Positions 28,509-38,402 are shown, counted from the first letter of the stretch. The stretch: DNA of 64,000 nt from Candidatus Uhrbacteria bacterium (GCA_026395055.1 JAPLZK010000001.1:81527-145526); one strand, 5' to 3'. Notes: a model not told the origin generated them from the letters alone. Program-made: numbers and translations.

Positions 28509-29278
28509 GCAGTTGTTTTTTCATACATCTCTGCCGCGCTCCACAAGCCTTCAAACCACGCCATCATGGTGTCATGATGTTCTTTTGATGTGATGAGCAC
28601 ACAGTAGGCATTTGCTCGACTCGACACATAAAGTGTTTTATCGTCATAGAGAAAAATCGTTGTCAGAAATTTTCCATGCATGACTTCCGGGAGAATACGC
28701 ACATCCGATTTCTCTTTGTAATATTCGCGATACACTTCCGGATCGATTCGACGCTCCCACAGATTGCGCGTCTCGATCTTGCGATCGATACGACTTCCAA
28801 CGTATCGATTCACAAACTCTTGGCCGACGTCATGGGCGAAATTTTCTTTTGGCACGACAGAACAAATTTGTTTGCTTCGACAGTACAAAGAATCCATCAT
28901 GGTATTTTTTACCGCTTCCACTCCCTCGAAAAATGAAACGATCGGACGATCAGTCATGGGGGCTGTTGTTTCGAGTGCTGTTTTTAAAATTTGAATATCG
29001 GCCGTGAGTGTTTCAAGCTCATGTTTCTTTTCCTCGACCAGGTGTTCGAGTTTGTGCAAAGGCTCGAGCACGATCTTTTGTTCGCTCTCTTTGCCAGATT
29101 TACTGACCAAACCTCGACGCTCAAGAGATGTTAGGGCATAGTACACGGTCGGTCGTTTTTCACCGGTATCCTTAATAATGTCGCGGGGACTTCTTCGTCC
29201 GGCGGCAAGAGAAAGGTAAACCGTGATCTCGGATTCCGACAATCCAAGCTTTTTAAGGATTTTTCGTGGTTCTTGCAT
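28505..29278 (-). CDS. TrmB-family transcriptional regulator (1 of 3)
   Basis: LGLSESEITVYLSL...RPTVYYALTSLERRGLV wHTH; FFEGVEAV linker; PLD-like effector domain. Confidence 0.88.
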   Translation of the reverse strand: MQEPRKILKKLGLSESEITVYLSLAAGRRSPRDIIKDTGEKRPTVYYALTSLERRGLVSKSGKESEQKIVLEPLHKLEHLVEEKKHELETLTADIQILKTALETTAPMTDRPIVSFFEGVEAVKNTMMDSLYCRSKQICSVVPKENFAHDVGQEFVNRYVGSRIDRKIETRNLWERRIDPEVYREYYKEKSDVRILPEVMHGKFLTTIFLYDDKTLYVSSRANAYCVLITSKEHHDTMMAWFEGLWSAAEMYEKTTA

Positions 29279-29283
29279 ATATC

Positions 29284-29301
29284 GTCTAATGAGTATTAGA
29301 C
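29284..29301. promoter_or_regulatory. Palindromic operator candidate
   Basis: GTCTAAT-gagt-ATTAGAC between the TACAAT -10 box and the TrmB start codon. Confidence 0.5.
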
Positions 29302-29395
29302 AGTATTGTACATTATTCCACGAAAAGATACAGTCCAGGCAGGACGTTCGTTAAACACTTCGACAAAAGGCTCAGTGCCTTCGGGGAGATACACA

Positions 29396-30016
29396 ATGAA
29401 GCCTCGCATGATTGGTTTGACTGGGAATATGGGTTGCGGGAAAAGCACCGTGGCGAAAATGCTCGCAGCGTTTCCGGATGTGGTCGTGTATAACACGGAT
29501 CTCATCTGGCGAGAGATGCTGAGCAAAAAATTCCAACGTGACTATGTCACCTTTTTGATCGGCGAGCATGCGTACATTGATGGCGTGCCGCAGATTGGTG
29601 TGATTGGCGAAGTAATTTTTGCGGACGATGAAAAGCGCATTGCGCTTGAAGCGTTCGCAGGAATGCACACGATGCTCGAGATTGCATTCCGGATGGAAAC
29701 ACAGTCAGACAAGATGCACATCATCGAGAACGCGATTTTGTTTGAAGCAGGCGTTGCGAAATATTTTCCTGATCCGCGGGAGATTATCGTTGTGACGTGT
29801 GACGAAGAAGAACGGCTTCGTCGTGTGCTCGTTCGTGAAATTCCCGGGCGTCCTTGTCTCACACGCGCGCAGTTTGATGCGCGTGTGAAATCACAATGGC
29901 CACAAGAAAAGAAAGTCGCGCTCGCGACGTATCTCGTGGATACATTCTGTTCCCTTCCAGAACTCGAGAGTCGAGTGAAGGATCTGCACGATCAGTTGAT
30001 TGGAGGAAAATCATGA
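29396..30016 (+). CDS. coaE: Dephospho-CoA kinase
   Basis: IGLTGNMGCGKSTV, IFAD, ILFE, R..R.....R..SQWP. Confidence 0.9.
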   Translation: MKPRMIGLTGNMGCGKSTVAKMLAAFPDVVVYNTDLIWREMLSKKFQRDYVTFLIGEHAYIDGVPQIGVIGEVIFADDEKRIALEAFAGMHTMLEIAFRMETQSDKMHIIENAILFEAGVAKYFPDPREIIVVTCDEEERLRRVLVREIPGRPCLTRAQFDARVKSQWPQEKKVALATYLVDTFCSLPELESRVKDLHDQLIGGKS

Positions 30017-30552
30017 GTCACACCGTTGGTGTTTACGCGGGTTCGTTCGACCTGTTTACCAAAGGCCATCTGTGGGTCGCGGAACAAGGTTCGAAGTTGT
30101 TCGATAAACTGGTGATTGCGGTTGCGATCAACCCAACTAAGAAAAAGACCGCCATGTTTTCGATTGAAGAACGCATGGAACAAATTCGTGCATGCACGGC
30201 ACATCTTGCGAACGTTGAAGTTGCTTACTGCGGAACAAAATACTTGCACGACTTCGTCATGAACATTGATGCACATTGGGTCTTGCGCGGTGTGCGCGGC
30301 TTGAACGATTATCAAGTTGAAGCAGAAGCACAAGATATGGTTCGTCGCATTTTCAACGCACGAAAAATCACGTACGACATGCAAACCGTATTCGTGCGTC
30401 CGCCGGATGAACTTGCGTCTGTAAGTTCGAGTTCTGTGAAGGGTGCGATGGGCTACGACAACTGGGAAGACCTTGTTGCGGAATTCGTTTCGCCACAAAT
30501 TCTTGATCGTGTGATTGCAAAATTCAACGAGGTGCTCCATGCAAACGCCTAA
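30013..30552 (+). CDS. coaD: Phosphopantetheine adenylyltransferase
   Basis: YAGSFDLFTKGH, FSIEER, LRGVR, VSSSSVK. Confidence 0.92.
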   Translation: MSHTVGVYAGSFDLFTKGHLWVAEQGSKLFDKLVIAVAINPTKKKTAMFSIEERMEQIRACTAHLANVEVAYCGTKYLHDFVMNIDAHWVLRGVRGLNDYQVEAEAQDMVRRIFNARKITYDMQTVFVRPPDELASVSSSSVKGAMGYDNWEDLVAEFVSPQILDRVIAKFNEVLHANA

Positions 30553-31192
30553 AAAGATTGAGCTTTGGCTCGAATGGAAACGGTTGTGCGAAGAATTGGG
30601 AATCGGTGTTGCACACATGCAAATCGGATTTCAAAACTTCTGCCGGCACTATGGTGAAGCGCACCGTGCGTATCACACGCTTGCGCATATCAGGGATTGC
30701 CTTGAGCAGTTTGCGCTGGTGCGACACTTGTGTGAGAATCCGCTCGCCGTGGAACTTGCGATCTGGTTTCATGACATCATCTACGATATTCCGCCTCGTG
30801 AAAACGAAGTGCGCAGTGGACAGCGTCTCCTCGATTTTGCACAAGAAGCAGGTGTGTCAGCCGTGACAGCTATTGTGGCGCACAAGTGTGTGCTCGCAAC
30901 GGCTCATGCATACACCCCTGGTTTTCTGGATGCACGCATCATGGTGGATGTGGATCTCTCTATTCTTGGTCGAGACTGGGATGTGTATGAGACGTACACC
31001 ACACAGATTCGACAAGAATATAAATTAGTCCCGGACATTCTGTATCGCTATAAGCGTAAGCAGATCATGGAAAAATTCTTGCAGAGTGTGTGCGAAAAAG
31101 GTTTGTATCACACAGATGTTTTTCGCACGCTCTATGAAGCGCAAGCCAAGCAAAACTTGGAGCGCGAGATCCCGACACTTTCTCTTTTCTAA
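30539..31192 (+). CDS. HD-superfamily metal-dependent phosphohydrolase (COG4339-like)
   Basis: Y.E.HRAYHTLAH, WFHDIIYD, NE.RS, D.DLSILG, IRQEY. Confidence 0.88.
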   Translation: MQTPKKIELWLEWKRLCEELGIGVAHMQIGFQNFCRHYGEAHRAYHTLAHIRDCLEQFALVRHLCENPLAVELAIWFHDIIYDIPPRENEVRSGQRLLDFAQEAGVSAVTAIVAHKCVLATAHAYTPGFLDARIMVDVDLSILGRDWDVYETYTTQIRQEYKLVPDILYRYKRKQIMEKFLQSVCEKGLYHTDVFRTLYEAQAKQNLEREIPTLSLF

Positions 31193-31244
31193 TCACTCGC
31201 TTGTTGAGTGATTTTTCATAACGTGTTTTAAGGGAGACAAGATC

Positions 31245-31649
31245 ATGCATACAGATTTGGAAACAGATGAATTTTCCTTTCTGCTCAAACCGTCAGAGCA
31301 CGGAATCGGTGTATTTGCTGCGCATGATATCAAGCAAGGTGTTTATCTCATGTTGTTTGGCGATAAGCGTTTTGTTCATCACAAAACGCGGTTTCTGAAA
31401 AAAGTGGATGTGCCAGCCGTGTTTCATGATTATTGTATTGATCGTGGCGAAGACCTCATTTGTCCGCCCGACTTCAGTACGATGAACGTTGGGTGGTATT
31501 TGAATCACGCAACCGAACGTGCGAATGCAACACACAAAGACCTACGTTGGTACGCCGCACGTGATATTACATGTGGTGAAGAGATTTTAATCGATTACAA
31601 AACACTTCAAGAACCAAAAGAAGCGGTTCAGGATTACTACGCACTTTAA
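31245..31649 (+). CDS. SET-domain protein-lysine methyltransferase
   Basis: HGIGVFA, YLNH, AARDITCGEEILIDY. Confidence 0.88.
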   Translation: MHTDLETDEFSFLLKPSEHGIGVFAAHDIKQGVYLMLFGDKRFVHHKTRFLKKVDVPAVFHDYCIDRGEDLICPPDFSTMNVGWYLNHATERANATHKDLRWYAARDITCGEEILIDYKTLQEPKEAVQDYYAL

Positions 31650-31731
31650 TGTTTCAGATCTTACGTATCACCCAAGTGGGTGATTTTTTGGTAAAGAAAA
31701 AACACATCGCGTGAGAGATGTGTTAGGGGTC

Positions 31732-32739
31732 TTAGAAAACCATGCCTTGAACAGCGAAGGTTGTTTGAATACGCGACTTGCGCTCGATGGTGCGCGCAAT
31801 TTCTTGCACGGTGTCATAGTCCGCATCCGGATCGTGGTGCGTGGTGATGATACGCTTTGGTTTGGCTTCAATCGCATGTTTTGCCGCAGCTTCCGCGGTA
31901 ATGTGGCCGTAACCTTTGCGCGTGTCATACATGCCTGCAGTGTATTGCACTTCCGTCACAACGATATCTGCACCTTCCCACAGACGCACGATGTTGCGAT
32001 CGTACTCATCGTGACCGTGCTCGTGATCGAGGGTGACCGCAATGGTGTGACCGCACCATTCAAAGCGATATCCGTACGAACCGTTCGGGTGATTCATAGG
32101 AAGCACCCAAACTTTGATCGGCTGGAAATCGTTTTCGATTTCGAAATGCTCATTTGGATTGATGACTTGCAAAGTGCGCTTTGAGCCAAGGAACTTCCAC
32201 GGAACGGGAAAGACGGGTGGTCGGAAATTGAACTGCTCCATGACTTCATGGATGTTCATGCCGCAGTGCAAACCACCGATCATGTGAATGTTTGTCTTTG
32301 GGCTGAAGATCGGTTTGAATGCTTGCGCGCCAAACAGATGATCGCCGTGAACGTGAGAACTCATGAACGTAAGGTCAAGTTCTTCGTCTTGATTGATGTA
32401 GCCACTTTCGAGCAGTGCGAGGCCAAGATTTTTTGGATCGTTGCCCGCGCCCAAGAATTGGTTCATGAAGGCATCAATATCTTTGATCGTTTTGCCCGGC
32501 ATCAGATAACGTTTTGTGAGCTCATTTCCGATGTCGATCATGCCAGATCCAAAGTCGAACACGATGAGCTTTCGCCCAAACTGGAGTGTGTGACATGTGG
32601 TATGACCACCAATCTTTGTATCACCGATGACGAATGATCCACGAACGCCATAGAATTTACCTTTCGGCTTCATCATGTCGATCATGGTTTCTTGGGTCAG
32701 TTCGATACCGCCTGACGATAATGCTGGGCTCTTTGCCAT
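31732..32739 (-). CDS. MBL-fold metallo-hydrolase (RNase Z/PhnP-like)
   Basis: GVRGS, GGHTTC, DFGSG, SHVHGDH, HP, DHE, GH, THHDP. Confidence 0.88.
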   Translation of the reverse strand: MAKSPALSSGGIELTQETMIDMMKPKGKFYGVRGSFVIGDTKIGGHTTCHTLQFGRKLIVFDFGSGMIDIGNELTKRYLMPGKTIKDIDAFMNQFLGAGNDPKNLGLALLESGYINQDEELDLTFMSSHVHGDHLFGAQAFKPIFSPKTNIHMIGGLHCGMNIHEVMEQFNFRPPVFPVPWKFLGSKRTLQVINPNEHFEIENDFQPIKVWVLPMNHPNGSYGYRFEWCGHTIAVTLDHEHGHDEYDRNIVRLWEGADIVVTEVQYTAGMYDTRKGYGHITAEAAAKHAIEAKPKRIITTHHDPDADYDTVQEIARTIERKSRIQTTFAVQGMVF

Positions 32740-32838
32740 GTCTTTCCTCCTGAAATGAAAGGTGCTAGATGAGGACTCTCCTCATTTCAGCAGGCGAGCA
32801 CGGACATTCCGTTTCCCCAGCTGAAGAAAGGATGTGTG

Positions 32839-32867
32839 ACTTTAGAGATTAATTCCGTTTTTGTCAA
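32839..32867 (-). promoter_or_regulatory. sigma70 promoter of the MBL gene
   Basis: TTGACA-17 bp-TAAAGT. Confidence 0.65.
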
Positions 32868-33073
32868 GAGATCCGACGTGTCTGTCGAATGGTCAAACTC
32901 TTGTTACAGAAACAGCATAAAACATTTGGGAAAAATGAAAATAATGTATGTCGAAGAGTTCGACAACGGACAAAGGAATTGGATTGACAAGATCAATGAT
33001 TACACGTAAGTTTCGCTATTCTTTTACACGGTGTAGAAGAATGTGTTCCGTACAACTGAACAAGGAACAAACA

Positions 33074-34720
33074 ATGCAAAGGATTTTCAAAGGTTTCATT
33101 GCGCTCTGTGCCCTTCTTTCGCTGATTGGATGTGAAAAACGCGCTCCTGCGCAAGCGGGCCAAGCGGCTCCGCAAGCAAGCGGTGACGCGATTCCTGCTA
33201 CCGGAATTCGGTTCCTCTCGGGCTCCGAGAACAAGGATCTGTATCCAATTCTGCAGCAGTTCGAAAAGGAAAACGGCGTAAAGTTCGCCATGACCTACAA
33301 AGGAAGTGTTGACGGCATGATGGCTCTCCAAAAGGGAGCGGACACGCCGTACGACTTTGTCTGGCTCGCGTCCGACATCTGGATCGGTCTTGGGGATCGG
33401 CAGAAGGTTGTGAAGAACGCGGACAGCATCATGACCTCACCGGTTGTGTTTGGTGTCAAAGCGTCAAAGGCAAAAGAACTTGCTTGGGTGAATAACCCAG
33501 GTGTGAAGATCAAAGACATTGTGGAGGCTGTGTCTACGCACAAGATTCGCTTTGCGATGACAAGTGCGACACAGTCGAATACAGGTGCGTGCGCGACGTT
33601 TGGATTTTATAGTGCGTTGTCCGGTTCGCCGGAAGTGTTGACACAAGCACATCTGAACGACAAGACCATGCAAGAACAGATTTCGAAGTTGCTAAACTCG
33701 GTCAATCGAGGAAGCGGCAGTTCGGGATTCTTGGTGGACGATTTGGTCGCACATCCGGAACGTTATGACGCGATGGTGAATTACGAAGCGCTCGTCATCT
33801 CCGCAAACCAAAAGTTGGTTGCGCAAGGTGAAGAGCCGCTCTACGTGATTTACCCCGCTGACGGCATGACGGTTGCGAATTTCCCGCTCGGGTTTGTGAG
33901 TCATGGAGACGCGTCGAAAGATGTGATCTTCAAGAAGTTGCAAACGTATCTGAAGTCGGATGCGGTGCAAAAGCAAATTCTTGCGCAGGGTCGTCGTACG
34001 CAAATTCTTGGTTTGAAGCCGGATGCGGTAGACAAGAGTGTATTCAATCCTGCTTGGGGTATCGATGTAAGCAAAACGATTTCTGCGATCACGATGCCGC
34101 CGTCGGACGTGATCAAGGCTGGACTCGAGTTGTATCAAACCAGTTTGCGCAAGCCGTCGTTTTCCATTTTCGTTCTCGACTATTCCGGAAGCATGCTGCA
34201 CAACGGCGGCGCGGAGCAGTTGAAGGCGGCAATGACATTGCTGCTTGAGCCGGAAGAAGCGAAGCGTTATTTGCTTCAAGTGTCCCCTCGTGATGTGACG
34301 GCGATTTTCCCCTACGATAACAAGGTCTACGGACCGTTTGTCATCAAGGGAAATGATCCGGCAGACTTGCGTGGTGCGCTCGCGCAAATCACAGGTGACA
34401 TTGGTGGCGGTGGAACGTCCACGCACACCGCGCTTGCGACTGCACTTGATTACTTGGTGCAACATCGTAACGAACTCCCTGGGTATTTGCCCGCGGTGTT
34501 TCTCATGACAGACGGCGACGCGACAGACAGTATTGCTATCTTCAAAACCAAAGTGGCGGAGCTTGGGATTGGTCGTGACATCCCGATTTATGCCATCACG
34601 TTTGGAAAGGAAGTTGCGCAGGATAAGATCGACGAGATCATCAAGGCGATGTCGGGGAAATCCTTCGATGGTACGCAAGATCTGGTCGGAAAGTTCCGCG
34701 AAGTCAAAGGCTACAACTAG
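33074..34720 (+). CDS. Lipoprotein: solute-binding-protein fold fused to a C-terminal vWA domain
   Basis: Lipobox LIGC; SGSENK, TQSNTG, NYEA; MIDAS DYSGS...T...MTDG. Confidence 0.88.
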   Translation: MQRIFKGFIALCALLSLIGCEKRAPAQAGQAAPQASGDAIPATGIRFLSGSENKDLYPILQQFEKENGVKFAMTYKGSVDGMMALQKGADTPYDFVWLASDIWIGLGDRQKVVKNADSIMTSPVVFGVKASKAKELAWVNNPGVKIKDIVEAVSTHKIRFAMTSATQSNTGACATFGFYSALSGSPEVLTQAHLNDKTMQEQISKLLNSVNRGSGSSGFLVDDLVAHPERYDAMVNYEALVISANQKLVAQGEEPLYVIYPADGMTVANFPLGFVSHGDASKDVIFKKLQTYLKSDAVQKQILAQGRRTQILGLKPDAVDKSVFNPAWGIDVSKTISAITMPPSDVIKAGLELYQTSLRKPSFSIFVLDYSGSMLHNGGAEQLKAAMTLLLEPEEAKRYLLQVSPRDVTAIFPYDNKVYGPFVIKGNDPADLRGALAQITGDIGGGGTSTHTALATALDYLVQHRNELPGYLPAVFLMTDGDATDSIAIFKTKVAELGIGRDIPIYAITFGKEVAQDKIDEIIKAMSGKSFDGTQDLVGKFREVKGYN

Positions 34721-34731
34721 GAGGAATGCAC

Positions 34732-35841
34732 ATGAACAAACATACTGCCTTCGCTGTCGTTGCACTTGTTCTCATCTTGAGCGCATTTGCTGCATGGAAA
34801 TTTCTGCATGTGGATGAGTATCTTGCTCGTCCTGCGCGTGGAGCCGACGTGACCGTGAAGGTTATGGTCGGTGGCGAGAAAATGGCATTCCTCGCAAATC
34901 CGAAAGTGCAGTTCGTTCTGAAATCGAAGTACGGTCTCACGATCGATGCATCGAAAGTAGGATCGATCAACATGGTTGCAGGAGCGAATCCTGGGGTGGA
35001 TGCTCTGTGGCCTTCAAGCCAAATCGCGTCTGAACTGTTTCGCTTGAACGGTGGTGTGCCGGTTGCAGAGGAGAACATTTTCAACTCTGCGATTGTGATG
35101 TACTCCCCGACCGCGGTTGCAGATGCGCTTGTCGCAGCAAAGATCGCGGAAAAACGAGATGGCTCTGTGTACGTGATCAACTGCAAGAAACTGTTCGAGA
35201 CGGGCGACGCAGCGCTCACGTGGGCGGGGCTTGGCTTGCCGCGCATCAACGGAAAAGTAAAAGTGTTTTCGAGTGACCCCATGCTGACCAATTCTGGTCT
35301 CATGTTCGCGGCATTGCTCGCAAACATTTTGAACAATGATGAGGTTGTGACGGAAAAAGAGTTGCCGAGTATCGAACCAAAAGTCAGCGCGTATTTCAAA
35401 CGCCTTGGCACGATGGAACGTTCCACAAGCGACCTCTTCCAAAGCTTCCTCTCAAACCCAATGTTCAAGCCAATCATCATTGGCTATGAAAATCAGGTCG
35501 TGGAATATGCGCTGCAGCATCCCGAGCATCGGGAATTGTTGCGTTCGCAAATTCAAGTGCTTTACCCGGTTCCAACTGTGTGGAGTTCACATCCGTTCAT
35601 TGCGCTCACTTCAAATGGAAAGCGCGTGATCGATGCGCTGAAAGATCCGGAGGTTCAGAGACTCGCCTGGGAAGAGCACGGATTCAGATCCGGACTTGTT
35701 GGGGCGACGAATGATCCGCGGATTCTCGTGGTTGGTGGTATTCCAAAAACTGTCGACTCAATCATTTCTGTGCCAGCAGGTCCGGTGATGAAAAAGATCA
35801 TGGAAGGTTTGTCTGGAGATGTTTCTCCGACGACCCCGTAA
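34732..35841 (+). CDS. Extracellular solute-binding-like protein
   Basis: N-terminal TM; GGEK..FL, DP..TNSG, GYENQ, YPVPTVWSSHP, HGFR; paralogous in fold to the upstream gene. Confidence 0.82.
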   Translation: MNKHTAFAVVALVLILSAFAAWKFLHVDEYLARPARGADVTVKVMVGGEKMAFLANPKVQFVLKSKYGLTIDASKVGSINMVAGANPGVDALWPSSQIASELFRLNGGVPVAEENIFNSAIVMYSPTAVADALVAAKIAEKRDGSVYVINCKKLFETGDAALTWAGLGLPRINGKVKVFSSDPMLTNSGLMFAALLANILNNDEVVTEKELPSIEPKVSAYFKRLGTMERSTSDLFQSFLSNPMFKPIIIGYENQVVEYALQHPEHRELLRSQIQVLYPVPTVWSSHPFIALTSNGKRVIDALKDPEVQRLAWEEHGFRSGLVGATNDPRILVVGGIPKTVDSIISVPAGPVMKKIMEGLSGDVSPTTP

Positions 35842-35892
35842 AACTTCTGGCCACGGACAATGCGTCTGTGGCTTTTTTGTTTCGAAAAATAG

Positions 35893-36240
35893 TTAAAATG
35901 AAATGTGTAAGACGTTCCATTTTACGAGGACAACAAGCACGACGGTATAAGCGATGGATGCAATAAAGTCTTTTGTGAGAACGTTCGATTTTTTTGTTTC
36001 GCATTTTGGCGATTTCATATCGGCTATCCCTTTTCGTACACACAAAAACCCAATGAGGTTCGTGAGCCAGTAGATAAGAATCATAGATGGTAAAAAAGCA
36101 GCAGGAGAAACGTGTTTCACAATGAGTGCAAGAACATAGGAGATGGGAATATTCACGAATACGTCGTCCCACAAGGACAGAGGTGAAAGCAGATAGCCAA
36201 CAAAGAAAAGGATCCCACCTTTCATGAATTGTGCGCGCAT
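35893..36240 (-). CDS. Hypothetical membrane protein
   Basis: 115 aa, 3-4 TM, GYLLSPLSLWDD..VNIP motif. Confidence 0.7.
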   Translation of the reverse strand: MRAQFMKGGILFFVGYLLSPLSLWDDVFVNIPISYVLALIVKHVSPAAFLPSMILIYWLTNLIGFLCVRKGIADMKSPKCETKKSNVLTKDFIASIAYTVVLVVLVKWNVLHISF

Positions 36241-36357
36241 AGAGTGAGTTCTTGTTCGGAACTCTTGCTTTCAGCATACGCGCTGGCTTTTAAATGCAAA
36301 TGTCTCATGGTGGCGATTTGGACAACAAAAAAACCTCCCCGAAGGGAGATTTTTTTG

Positions 36358-36433
36358 TGGGGCGGCTAGAGGGAATTGAACCCTCACTACAGGTACCACA
36401 AACCCGTGTGATAACCATTTCACCATAGCCGCC
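36358..36433 (-). tRNA. tRNA-His(GTG)
   Basis: Cloverleaf with G-1:C73, anticodon loop TTGTGGT, encoded CCA; terminator hairpin at ~36335-36350. Confidence 0.95.
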
Positions 36434-36439
36434 ATGTCG

Positions 36440-36642
36440 GTAAAACGTCCAGAATTGGCGCCTCACTCGTGCTGTTGCCTTCGGCAAACTCGTTTGTTCG
36501 TTCGGAAATAACCAATTGAATTTGGTCATTTCGCTCACTCTCTGCACGAGTCGGAAAAAATTTACTTCAACGTAGAGGAACTACGTTTCAGCAAATTTTT
36601 TCCTCCAACACTTCGCGATGCGCGCAATTCTGAACGTTTTAC
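36440..36642. repeat. ~200-bp nested-palindrome element (REP/MITE-like or structured RNA)
   Basis: Terminal inverted repeats GTAAAACGTCCAGAATTG / CAATTCTGAACGTTTTAC (17 of 18 paired) enclosing at least three internal stems. Confidence 0.7.
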
Positions 36643-36821
36643 GTGCTTGGGCCGTGTTTTCTGCGCGACACAAATATACTATTGCGATCGAAAAAGATCA
36701 AGTGTTCTTCCTTTGTGGAAGGAAATACTTATCGTTGCATGATGAACCGTTGACGAAATCGATTTTAGCCTGTAAGCTCAGCGAACTGTCTTCACAAACG
36801 AGGATAGACGGAGAATAGTCC

Positions 36822-37880
36822 ATGAAGGAAGTGTTGCCACGTACCAAATCATTCAACATGAGTCCGCCCATTCGTATTTGTGGTGGGCATCTATTGTCCT
36901 TGCGCGCACCGTTTGGGACCATGATGGCCTATGCGGACGTTCAGGACTGGAACCCGCACAACATTGTTGCGTTCGGACAAAACGGCGCAACTCCTGGTCG
37001 GAAAAAGATGGACATCGAGGCGCACATGATTGTGGTCGTAAGTGATCAGAACATGGCAGACGTCGCGGGATCCATCGACAAGACCATCCTGGACGGACTC
37101 CTGCAAGATGGATTCGACTACGCAAACATGGTAGCCGGATTCGCAAATGGTGTTCAGCTCATGAATTTCGGCGAAGCATTCGCCGTGAATCCGTACGGCG
37201 AGTACATCACAGACGCGTTCTTCAGGACGTTCTTCAATCACGCAAATCAGCTCAAGTGGTCGGAAGATTCGTCACATGTGTTATTGCTCATCGGTCGTGG
37301 TGGAGATCGGACGTTGTGTGCAAAGATTGTGGGCCGGAAAGAAACGTACAAGATGCTGCCGAGTCCGTACGCGGGCGTGGTGGAATCGCGTCACGCTCTG
37401 GTCGGTCGGAACATCTTGCTCACGGCAGAGTTTGATCGCAACATGATCTACGGTATCGAGGCAGACTCCCTTGTGGATTATCTCACGGAACCGGAATCGG
37501 TTCTGGTGTGGGCGCAGCAGAAGATCGGTTACGGCATCGAAGACCTCGCGGTCGTTGATGGTTCGTCTGACACGATCATTCTCACGCTCACGGACGGAGA
37601 GTTTCGTCTCGTCCCCATGCTCGTTCGGTTCATGCGCGAAGACCTCGTGCTCAGTCCGAGTACCGCAGAAGGTATTCGTATCACGGATCTGGATGGAGAG
37701 ATCTTGTCTCCTGTTGTGCGTATCGCACGCAATGGCCAGCTCATTCTTGCAGACCGTCATAGTGGTTCAACGCTCGTTCGATTTGATCGCCCCGCCACCT
37801 TCGGTCCGAAATTCGAAAACATGGTTGCATGCGCAATCACACGTCGTCTTTCCGCTCATCATCCCGTGATCGGAATCTAG
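36822..37880 (+). CDS. Hypothetical beta-rich protein
   Basis: 352-aa ORF with SD GGAG and a downstream terminator; no motif recognised. Confidence 0.7.
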   Translation: MKEVLPRTKSFNMSPPIRICGGHLLSLRAPFGTMMAYADVQDWNPHNIVAFGQNGATPGRKKMDIEAHMIVVVSDQNMADVAGSIDKTILDGLLQDGFDYANMVAGFANGVQLMNFGEAFAVNPYGEYITDAFFRTFFNHANQLKWSEDSSHVLLLIGRGGDRTLCAKIVGRKETYKMLPSPYAGVVESRHALVGRNILLTAEFDRNMIYGIEADSLVDYLTEPESVLVWAQQKIGYGIEDLAVVDGSSDTIILTLTDGEFRLVPMLVRFMREDLVLSPSTAEGIRITDLDGEILSPVVRIARNGQLILADRHSGSTLVRFDRPATFGPKFENMVACAITRRLSAHHPVIGI

Positions 37881-37958
37881 AGAGGTCTCTTCCCTGCAAT
37901 ACTCTTGCGGGGATTTTTTTATAAAAAAACTTCGCAAGAGTATTGCGAAGGAAGTGTG

Positions 37959-38402
37959 TTAGCCAACATGGCGTTTTGAAGAGTGAGTCGTCGTTTTTTT
38001 TCCGCAGGCAACGCAGGCGACCGCTTCGATCTTGAGAATGGCTCCGCACGTACAGGTGGGTGCCGTTTCCCATGACTTGTCGACATCCGCTTTGCATCCG
38101 GGACAAAACTTGTATTCTTTTTTGAGCGCACGTTTACAAGCACATTTTGTGGGAATGAGATCGGTTGCAAGCTGTACGTTGCCAATGCTCATACCGCACT
38201 CATGACAGAAGTGCGCATCTTTCTCGAAGGGGGTGCAACAGGATGGGCAGAAATTCCACGGTGCACCGCTGTGTGGAGTTGCATGATTCACTGCACGCAG
38301 TTGTGTTACGCGAGGGCTCGTGTGAATCGGTTGCGGCGGGGCAACGTACGGAGTTTGATTCGCACTACTCCAGTAACCACCTGAGGATGATTTATACGCC
38401 AT
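37959..38402 (-). CDS. Double zinc-ribbon (DZR) repeat protein
   Basis: SD GGAGG; three zinc-ribbon pairs CPSC/CHEC, CAC/CPGC, CTC/CVAC. Confidence 0.8.
   Translation of the reverse strand: MAYKSSSGGYWSSANQTPYVAPPQPIHTSPRVTQLRAVNHATPHSGAPWNFCPSCCTPFEKDAHFCHECGMSIGNVQLATDLIPTKCACKRALKKEYKFCPGCKADVDKSWETAPTCTCGAILKIEAVACVACGKKTTTHSSKRHVG

Noticed and set aside
33692-35480. Long antisense ORFs (357 aa and 258 aa) and similar shadows at 3310-4062, 26917-27564, 41411-42058 and 49360-50061
   Set aside because: They lie opposite well-supported genes, lack motifs and SD sites, and are expected from codon bias.
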